DNA from: Octopus bimaculoides
Lineage: Eukaryota
Reading direction: 5' to 3'
Length of the DNA stretch: 64,000 nt
Assembly (NCBI RefSeq): GCF_001194135.2
Contig: NC_068986.1
Span: 88,217,351 to 88,281,350 of the forward strand
The position numbers were made by a program, and so were the translations under genes. The first letter of the stretch is position 1. Every line of letters begins with the position of its first letter. Shown piece by piece: positions 53,824-64,000 of the stretch. Below the pieces are notes generated by a model. That model worked only from the letters and a program-made list of their open reading frames with translations, was not told where the DNA came from and did no database searches.

Positions 53824-54061
53824 TCTTCTCAGTTTCTTTTTGACATTCTCACATTAGGGATTTCAGAATTACTTATCTCTGTGACGTACGCCAAACCTCT
53901 AGCGTCCACAGACACGCTGCTGCCTCTCGTCCAAACATATCAATTCTCTCTGATTGCAGTTTAGATGCTTTGTTCCACATGCTGCTCCATTTTGTCTTTT
54001 GCTTTTGTGTATTTATTTTTGCTACTGTTCCTTGTTCGTTTTCCTTTCTATTTTGTTTTAG

Positions 54062-54098
54062 ATTACGGCGTGACAAACAGAGCGCAGCATCCCACATG
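54062..54098 (+). CDS. candidate 37-nt micro-exon, product unknown
   Basis: Very long pyrimidine tract ending TTTTGTTTTAG; CATG|GTGAGC donor; two open frames (LRRDKQSAASHM; YGVTNRAQHPT). Confidence 0.4.
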
Positions 54099-54706
54099 GT
54101 GAGCTTGACTCTTACTTGTAGCTCTTGGAGAATGTATAACACATTCTTTAAACACTTGATGTGTGATTGGTGCTCAAGACTTGATAGATAATGGATAAAT
54201 ACGTTGATAACTGCGTACATTGTTTGATGGTAGGTTGGAGAGATGGTTAGGTTGATAGACGGATGGATGGATGGACTGAAGCATGGGGGAATATATGGAC
54301 GGATGGGTAGGCGCATAGATGGACGGGTGGAAGATGGAATTAGTGAGAGAATATGAAGGTAAACAGAAGATAAAAGGAGAGGATGGTTGAATGGAAGGAT
54401 GTGTGGATTGAAGGATTCACAACAAAGTAAACATACTCACACTCCTCACACACAGACACACACACACACACATATTTATAAAGACACACACACAACATTG
54501 CACTTATATATACATACAAACATATATATGTCTGTGTATATATATATATATTTATATGTGTGTGTGCATGTGTGTGTGAGTCTGTGTGTTTGCACGCGTG
54601 TGTGTGTATGTATGCATGTATGTATGCATGTGCACAAAACTCTTGGCCTCTAAGTCACTTTTGTAACTTGTAACACACGTATATACAGAGATAGATAGAT
54701 AGATAC

Positions 54707-54781
<75 letters not shown>

Positions 54782-55296
54782 TGCATATAGATAAAGGGGA
54801 AATTGATACAGTTTATTACCATTTCACAGAAATATTATTTCATCCCAAAGCAACTTACATCCGACTCTTATCTCTTACTGAAAGCTAAACAGAAGCGTTT
54901 CAATAAAATTTACATTTAAATCGATTCATTGAGTCCATCCATCATCTACAAGAAAAGTAATAGAGCAGAGTTTATCAAACACATATATTATATATTTATA
55001 CATAAATATATAATATCAATATGTAATCTAAATAAATTTATATGCCAGTGTGCGTTGTTACCTTCTATTTGATTGTTTAAGGTAGTTAGAATAAAACTAT
55101 TGGGATTAAATGTAAATAACATCGTGGAAAACAGAATAAATTTTACATTCAAATCATATGTGATGGACGAGGTAATGTATTTACTAAATTACATACATTT
55201 ATACAGAACTAAACTACGTATCTCAGACACATTCACAAAGTCTTGTGTAGGCGAGAGCGTTCGTGTGTGCATGTATAAGTTTGTGTATGTGTATGA

Positions 55297-55327
<31 letters not shown>

Positions 55328-55761
55328 ATCGTGCGTGTGTGTCAGTGAATGTATGTGTGTATGTGTGCATATGCGAGTCTACGTTTTCGTATAGATAGGT
55401 ATTTAATTTTCAATTCCTGCATCTGTTTCGTATCCACAGAGGTTCTCTAAAATCTGCTACGTTACGTACGATATTTGCGTGTCTATATATGCGTATGTAT
55501 GTACGAATGTATGTATGTATACTACCTACAAGAAACGCCCACATAACACACTCTCATATTTGCATACAGGCACAGGTAACACATACGTAAATATACATTT
55601 CAAAATCTACACCTTTAAGCACAAGCGCATGTTTTCATTTTAATGTTTACGCCCGTAATCTATTCCACGAATATTCATGAAATATAAGTAAATAAAACAG
55701 CGCATATGAAAGAGGGGCAAGAATAGTATGTAAAAACAAACAGACAGAGAGGCAGACAGAC

Positions 55762-55832
<71 letters not shown>

Positions 55833-56793
55833 CATATATGCAGAAATATAGGTAAATTATGCACACACAAATATATACATCCAGGGATGTATACATGAAT
55901 ATAACATTCGACATACATTTATGTATAGATAATAAGCATATAGATATTCATACAAATATTATACTTTCGGTGTTATTTACATCTCATCTCACTGGAGATC
56001 TGGAACGTATCAAAAGTTTCGTATCAAGAACCATAATTGCCCGTAAACCTGTCTTCAAAATCTTATCTCTTAAGCCACAATATATATATGCATATGCATA
56101 CGCACACACACACGTACACGCGCCCGCACATACTCGCACTCACACAAATACTGCATTGTATTATATGACCTTGGATTAGACAGTATTCAATATATCCTTA
56201 GATTCATTTAATATTGCACATTATAATGAAACTTAGTTATTGCTAGTTAGAAATAAGTATTTAATCACCAAGTGGTTACCTTTAATGAAATGTAATCAAG
56301 CAAAGGAGACAATATAGGTGTTTCTCTTATCTGCTGCCCTCACTTAATTTTACTTTCAATGTAAAATGTAGTTTTCAAGAAAAACAATCTCCATTGAACC
56401 CCGTATCATTGTCTTTGGGTCAAGTATAACTACACTATTTTGATAATGAACAACACAATATCTTGGTTTCGTATTTTTGTCAGGAAGAATTTCCAGTGCT
56501 TAGCAAACTCTTTTGGGAGTGAAAGACTCATGGGAAAGACGGAGGACAGTATCCTCGAATTGGTGATCTGGCCCTTAACAGACTTCGCTTAAAGTACCCT
56601 AGTTATCAAGTTGGGGTGTTAAGCTTAGCGACCGATTCTGCCCACTAGTCACGTAGACCATCGGAGATGTAAACAAAGATATCAATGACACTGGAAAAAT
56701 AATGCGAGGCACCCGGTTCCACGTTCTAACCATTTTCACAAACCACCACTACTTTGGATTCGTGCATTTTATCGAAGAATAAATAACATAGTT

Positions 56794-57057
56794 TATCTTC
56801 GTAAATAGTTTATTTTCGTAAATATGCTAGTGTTCAATCCCTGCAAGTTGTGCAGCAGCAGTTGATGCAGCATCAGCAGTTCGTTGAACTGGTCACTGGT
56901 CATCTGTTTGGGGTGCTCTTGAAGTGTATGTACGTTCAGCATTTTGTGATCGTCTAATGTCAGTTTCGACTGACGATTCATTTTCCGTCCTTGCTGACGA
57001 TCTCGCAGCTTTCGCAGTTTTTCGTCCAATTGAAGAACTCTTCCCTCGGGGCATGAT
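56794..57057 (-). pseudogene. spliced coding-like segment: probable Helitron protein N-terminus (degenerate), or an unrelated terminal exon in another frame
   Basis: After acceptor TTATTTTAG: ATG at 57054 gives MPRGKSSSIGRKTAKAARSSARTENESSVETDIRRSQNAERTYTSRAPQTDDQ*PVQRTADAASTAAA, resembling the MPR..S..GR.T / ET.EQR..R repeats at Helitron Rep/Hel N-termini. The alternative frame SCPEGRVLQLDEKLRKLRDRQQGRKM... is open to 56793. Confidence 0.45.
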
Positions 57058-57426
57058 CTAAAATAAGCATGATGAAAAGCAGTGAGATACACTGTTAAGT
57101 ATTAGATATTAATTGAAGGGTTAGTATGTAAGTGTAGATGAGTTACAAACTTGCAGCTGCTGCAGTAATAATGAACTGGTAGTAGAAAGGTATCTAGGAC
57201 GTGTTGGTCGGCGCGAGGCTATGGTTGAAAGCACTTACTGGCGAACAGAGTGGAGAGAGGAAGAGGACAATTCACACAATCCGATGTTTTTCCTAAAGAA
57301 AATGGATATTCTTCCCAACCATACGGTTCCGGGTACAGTCCCCCGTTCGTGAGCGCGCATTTTTTTTTTTCATATTCGTTTACCACATGTTGTACATCTA
57401 TTACACTATTAATTTTTTTTTTTTTT

Positions 57427-57967
57427 GCTCGGGTCAAACACTAGAGTTTAAAGGCCATGGTCTGACGATGTGAATTTTTCGAGTCCTCTCCCCAACTCCT
57501 TCGTTCGCGAGCGCGCATTTTTTTTTCCTATTCGTTTATAGCAAGTTGTTTTACACCTATTACACTATTTTTCTTTCTTTTTTTTTTTGCTCGAGTCAGA
57601 CCCTTTAATTTGACCTATTAGCTCAAGATATACAGTGGGATCGATCTCGGAACCTCGTGATTGCTAATGGAATTACTTAATCATTCTGCAGNNNNNNNNN
57701 NGCTTGGGTCAAACACTAGAGTTTAAAGGTCATGGTCTGACGATGTGAACTTTCCGAGTCTTCTCCCCACCCACCCCCGTTCGCGAGCGCGCATTTTTTT
57801 TTCCTATTCGTTTATAGCAAGTTGTTTTACACCTATTACACTATTTTTCTTTCTTTTTTTTTTTGCTCGAGTCAGACCCTTTAATTTGACCTATTAGCTC
57901 AAGATATACAGTGGGATCGATCTCGGAACCTCGTGATTGCTAATGGAATTACTTAATCATTCTGCAG
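57427..57967 (+). repeat. ~265-bp tandem duplication across a 10-N gap (57427-57691, 57702-57967)
   Basis: The first ~80 bp differ between copies and the remaining ~180 bp look identical; a further partial unit lies at 57340-57430. Confidence 0.85.
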
Positions 57968-58534
57968 TGCAGCGCTGAAAGAGAACATCATAGATTGCAT
58001 TAGAATCACATCTGAGACAGCACCGATAATATTCTTAAAGTGTATCCTCAATTTTAGCAACCCAGAGAACACTGATTGAACGTCCCATGTTCGAAGATTG
58101 AGGTCAATCAATTTATTAAAACACTTCAAATAAGAAACTTTTTATTCTGAAAGAAATCGTACACCGCTTACTCACACCACCTTTTCTTTACGTTCGTTTT
58201 CCTCGCTTCTTTTCTCACCCCCACCACCACCATCACCACGTCGCTTTCTTTCTATATCTTAGTTTTGTCCTCTCCTTCCATTTTATTCTATTATTCATCG
58301 TATTCACTCCCTGTCCATTTATCTACTTTCGTTTCTTCCTGTCTTCCCCTCTGCCTGAATCACTACGTCTCTCCTTCTATCACTGCTGCATCTATACACT
58401 TTCTCGCCCTCTCGCTCTCACTTTCTTTTTTTCATATATATATAAGTACGCAACCATGTAGACACACACACACATATATATACATATATATATAAATATA
58501 CATACATATAGATATGTGTGTGTGTATGTATGTG

Positions 58535-58610
<76 letters not shown>

Positions 58611-59033
58611 TATATATATATAGACAGAGAGAGATAGATAGGTATCTCCTCCCTCCCCTTTTATCTCTTAATACCTCCATCTCTTACTCCCTCCAATTGA
58701 TGACCATATAATACTCTGTCAACCTCCCCAACCTCCCAGTATCTTCAAATTTTCTAAAACTGCCTGAAATTTCAACATAGACACTTAACAATTTCTTTCA
58801 AATGAGATTTGGCAATGGATTTTAAAATTTTTGTAATTAAGTTCAATTAAAGAGAAAACAAAATCATAAACAGAAACACCACCACCGCCGCCACAACCAG
58901 CAGTAACAACAACAACAACAACAACAAAACTAGCAACAGCAAGTACAGTAAAAGCAATAACGAAGACAATGAGAATAGTACGAAGAAAAAGAGCAAAAAT
59001 ATATCTTCATCTGAAATATCAAACAGAAAAAGA

Positions 59034-59080
<47 letters not shown>

Positions 59081-59831
59081 ATATCGACACCACCAAAAAC
59101 AACAACGTTAACAATAACAACATCAACATCAAACAAATAAAATTTCCCGCCGAAAACCTGAAATAAAGAGATAAAATTTACGACAATTAAAATCGTTTAT
59201 TAGATTTACAGCATTGCCAAATAGCAGAACACTTATGAAGGATGTTTAGTCGAATAAACTGGAGATTTACCTTTTTTCTTATTTCGTTATATATGTTGTT
59301 TTTTTATAATTGTTTCTATTGAAGTTGAAATTTCTATTATATTACTTTTTATTACTATAATGGAAATAAAATTCCATACATTGTCATCTGTGAAGTTTTG
59401 TTGTGATGTATTTCTTGCAATATGTAATCATTATATATATGTATGTATATATGTATGTATGTATATATATATATATATATGTATGTATATATATATATAT
59501 ATACATANNNNNNNNNNNNNNNNNNNNNNNNNNNNNNNNNNNNNNNNNNNNNNNNNNNNNNNNNNNNNNNNNNNNNNNNNNNNNNNNNNNNNNNNNNNNN
59601 NNNNNNNNNNNNNNNNNNNNNNNNNNNNNNNNNNNNNNNNNNNNNNNNNNNNNNNNNNNNNNNNNNNNNNNNNNNNNNNNNNNNNNNNNNNNNNNNNNNN
59701 NNNNNNNNNNNNNNNNNNNNNNNNNNNNNNNNNNNNNNNNNNNNNNNNNNNNNNNNNNNNNNNNNNNNNNNNNNNNNNNNNNNNNNNNNNNNNNNNNNNN
59801 NNNNNNNNNNNNNNNNNNNNNNNNNNNNNNN

Positions 59832-59928
<97 letters not shown>

Positions 59929-60045
59929 ACATGCATATGCTTATATATCATTCGTATTATATATATATATATATACCTGTATACACATACATACAAACAT
60001 TCATGCAAATACACATACATATATGTATGTATGTACGAATGTATA

Positions 60046-60271
60046 TTACTTTTTACTCTTTTACTTGTTTCAGTCATTTGACTGCGGCCATGCTGGAGCA
60101 CCACCTTTAGTCGAGCAAATCGACCCCAGGATTATTCTTTGTAAGCCTCGTACTTATTCTATCGATCTGTTTTGCCGAACCGCTAAGTTATGGGGACACA
60201 AACACACCAGCATCGGTTGTCAAGCGATGTTGGGGGTGACAAACACAGACCCAAACATATACACACATACA

Positions 60272-60317
<46 letters not shown>

Positions 60318-60318
60318 A
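60046..60318 (-). mobile_element. SINE family B, 3' half
   Basis: TACTCTTTTACTTGTTTCAGTCATTTGACTGCGGCCATGCTGGAGCACC...AAACACAGAC plus microsatellite. Confidence 0.9.
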
Positions 60319-61585
60319 ATGAAATATTCAAACACTGAGATTTGAAGTTAGATGTCACTATTGTTCATATCATCTGTGGATAAATTCAATATTTGATGAT
60401 ATCACCAGTAGTGGCATGGGTGGAACGCAGTTATGATAGCTTTAAGGAGCTATGCAATATAAATTTGCACGAAGCGTAATGATGCTTAATGAGCATCTAC
60501 CTGCTAGATATACACACACACNNNNNNNNNNNNNNNNNNNNNNNNNNNNNNNNNNNNNNNNNNNNNNNNNNNNNNNNNNNNNNNNNNNNNNNNNNNNNNN
60601 NNNNNNNNNNNNNNNNNNNNNNNNNNNNNNNNNNNNNNNNNNNNNNNNNNNNNNNNNNNNNNNNNNNNNNNNNNNNNNNNNNNNNNNNNNTATATATATA
60701 TATATAAGCCGTATAAAAGCCAAGAATTAATAGAACCGGATTCATTTCATTTTAAGGTTTGTTGTGAAGTGTTAGTTGAAGCTTGTTTGTATGGACACAT
60801 TGGTAGTAACAAGAATGGCGAGGAATGTGTTGGCACTGACGCCGATGACAATCAGAATAGTGAAAGCAATCTGTATGATTATTTTTTTAATATTTCTCTA
60901 CGTCAGCATTAGTCTAATAAATGTATAAATCGTAGTTGTTCCACGCTTGACCTTCCCTTTTATTTGTATATCAGAGATTAAATAGTATAGTTCATCTTTC
61001 TTTATACAAGTCGCCATTGTGTTTTCATGGAACATACGACTGCTGATAAGTTGAAGAATACTGCTAACTTAGCAACTGCGTATGACAGCGTTCCCCAACG
61101 TTTTTTTTTTTACTCTTGAAGAGATCCTGAAATACATCTCACGTCTCAGTGAACTTATTCATGATAAAATAAAAGGCATTACATAATATTTATTAATCAT
61201 GTTTTTTTCATAATGATAAATTTCATAAGAGTTTTAACAACTGCTAAATCAATCAGATACCACAAAGAGATTTAAGACCTTGTTTAAACTAAACCCTAAC
61301 AATTCTCCATTCTCCTAATAAGTCTTCCACACTACCTACAGAACAGTTATTCAAATACGCTCTGAGTATATAATAACACTAATATAATACAGCAAAACAC
61401 AAAACTCTAAATGCATTTGCGTATAATTAGACTGATTGTTTTTTCTTTTTTTTTTTGCATCTTTTTTTTTTTTTGTAGAACCCCCCAAAGTCCTAATCCC
61501 TAACCTTAGGGCTCCGCGGAACATCGAATAGGAAACGGTGAAAGAAAGATTCCTGGGTTTACCTGAAAGATAAAGTCGATGCATA

Positions 61586-61754
61586 GAAGAGGGGTGCTGA
61601 AAAGTTCCGAGATTTGGGTAAAAGAAAATACAGGAGGATCCTAACCACTACGCCGTATACCCGTGAGCATATGGCGTAGTGGTTAAGTGCGCGGGCTACT
61701 AACCCCAAGATTCCAAGTTCAATTCCAAGCAGTGACCTGAACAACAACAACAAC

Positions 61755-61792
<38 letters not shown>

Positions 61793-62134
61793 CAACAACA
61801 ACATCGAAAACTACCTTAGGAATGAGAACCCAGGTTCGAAATTTCCCCAAGATACCTGAAAAAGGCTGAGGGGTATATCAGCCGCAACAAACAAGATGGG
61901 GACAAATATCCGTCAAATGTAAATAATGTAAATAATGTGCATAATTCCTCATCTCTTAAATATAGAACTATACAGGAGGATCGGTTAATTATGATTTTAT
62001 TCAACATATTTCCCTCCTACATTAAATCCCGTATTATAGCGTTCCTACAGATTTTCTAAGAACTCGGAAGATTCGTCCTCCAACCAGGCCCTTCGCAATA
62101 ACTTTAAAGCCAGGAACTTTTCAGCACCCAGTCG
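61586..62134. mobile_element. mariner-type MITE
   Basis: Perfect 17-bp inverted core GGGTGCTGAAAAGTTCC at 61592-61608 and 62113-62129; TA at 61584-61585 and 62135-62136; no transposase. Confidence 0.85.
61641..61969 (+). mobile_element. SINE family D (tRNA-like head) nested in the MITE, with 13-bp target-site duplication
   Basis: GGCGTAGTGGTTAAG (A box-like), AGTTCAATTCC (B box-like), internal (CAA/TAA)n; direct repeat ATACAGGAGGATC at 61628-61640 and 61970-61982. Confidence 0.8.
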
Positions 62135-62940
62135 TATATATGACACAAAGTGCTGTTGATATTGAGCAGAAACCATTATGCATTGGTCACTGGCGTTTAT
62201 ACCAAAGATAGCGTCCTTTGGTCGATACTACACCAGCAATGACCATCCTGTCAGTGTGGTAGAGTAAATATTAACAAAAGTGCTTGCGGACTTAAGAGGC
62301 CCCATAATGACAATTCCATTAATTTTGAACAAAGTGCATCAAAGATTTCGTAATCGAATACGTCCTCCCTTTTCAGATAATAATTTGTGTTCATTGACAA
62401 ATGGTTACCATTTGCAGTAAATCGTGCGACCACATTGGAAAGGTAATGCTTAATGACTATGGCGCACTGTCGATAATATTGTAATCAGCATTTTAAAAAC
62501 GACGACGATGATGATCAAAGTTGTGGTGGTGGTGGTGGTGNNNNNNNNNNNNNNNNNNNNNNNNNNNNNNNNNNNNNNNNNNNNNNNNNNNNNNNNNNNN
62601 NNNNNNNNNNNNNNNNNNGTGGAGGTGTTGGTGTGGTGGTGGTTGTGGTGGTGGTGGTGGTGGTGGTGGTGCTATTGATGGAGAATGTATGTGTTGGAAA
62701 CACCCATCCAACACCCATCAGTTCTAACGTGGACAATGAATCTGTTAGACATAACAGCATGATCGCCTTCAAGTGACTGCCCATTGTCTTAGAAATTAAC
62801 ACATTAAAAAATCTAATTCACGGTACATATAGCTGAAAAACGCATGACGATCATGGTAAAAAGATATTGAATTGCAGGTCGATTTGACCAAGGATAATTC
62901 TGAAAATTGTTCTCCGTTGCCCAGTAGCAGCAGCAGTGGT

Positions 62941-62944
62941 GTTG

Positions 62945-63017
<73 letters not shown>

Positions 63018-63018
63018 C
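62941..63018. repeat. (GTA)n microsatellite
   Basis: Seen directly. Confidence 0.98.
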
Positions 63019-63318
63019 TTTTGCTGTTCTTATTGCAGCTGAGTTTTACAATCGCCCTACAATTTCAAAAAGTTGTGTTGAAATTCTGTTTAGGTGTATA
63101 CGATTGGATATGACTTAATGAATTTCTGTATGTGCGTATATATGGATGTATATAAGTGTGTTTGTTTATGCATTTCTGTATATGTGTGTGGCTCTGTGAT
63201 GGTATGTGTCTGTGTCTGTCTGTGCTTAAGTTTGTTTCGAGTATCTGTTTGCACGTGCGCATGTGTGCTGAATTTCAATTTCTTTTTTTGTGTTTGTATA
63301 CATAGAATACTTTCACAT

Positions 63319-63362
<44 letters not shown>

Positions 63363-64000
63363 TATATACATATAAATACATATATGTGTGTGTGTGTATA
63401 TGGCGTGGGGGTACATGCTAATGTATTTGTATATCCCTATGCTAAAAACAAAACATACCTAGGGCATACACAAGAGATCAAAACTGATAATTTAAAGGGA
63501 ATTTAAAATTGAAAAGAAACGTACAAAAGTCAACGAAATAATACATACATAAACCCAAAATATGTATGTATGTATGTATGTATGTATGTGTGTGTGTGTG
63601 TGTGTATGTGTATGTATGTATGTATGTATGTATGTATGCGTGTATCTGGAAGGCTTTGACACGTGTGAATGAGTTGGTAGTAAATATGATGCAGTAAAGT
63701 GTCTTCACTTTTGTCCCTTTATTCCTCTCTTAATCTTCCCCTTCGCTTTTTATCTCACTTTGTTTTTACTTTATTTTGAAGGGGCCTTTTTATTTTCAAT
63801 TACGTATTTTTTTATATTCTCATTTTCTTTTGGATTTTTGTTCGTTTCTGTATCATTTAAATTTGAATAATATTTTTGCTCATGTCTTCTGATGCTCACT
63901 CACGTACACCCCCCCCCACACACACACACACGAAAACACAAACAAACATGCACATACACTGTTATACACACAATATACACAGTTTACATACACAAACATT

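Noticed and set aside
56484-56525. EEFPVLSKLFW after a good acceptor, reminiscent of the hAT dimerisation motif
   Set aside because: Too short, followed by a stop, and no other hAT motifs nearby.

Overview
AT-rich, gappy eukaryotic genomic DNA that looks intronic or intergenic. I infer a cephalopod (Octopus-type) genome from the tRNA-derived SINE families and the very high density of (TA)n, (CA)n, (TAT)n and (CAT)n microsatellites. I recognise no intact protein-coding gene, RNA gene or CRISPR array; almost all ORFs in the supplied track come from N gaps, microsatellites or SINEs. Supported content: about 25 SINE copies in at least 4 families (labelled A-D here); relics of a DD37D (maT-type) Tc1/mariner transposase, an RTE LINE, a CR1/L2-group LINE and two R4/Dong-like RLE LINEs; a mariner MITE with a nested SINE; a Helentron-associated (HINE-like) element; a probable Helitron 5' fragment; and several local direct and inverted duplications. 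The best leads, all needing checks, are a tRNA-headed SINE whose tail resembles a decayed Penelope-type hammerhead ribozyme, a ~118-bp inverted repeat pair, TAA-flanked RLE retroelements, modular SINE tails sharing a conserved hairpin, and a few candidate micro-exons.
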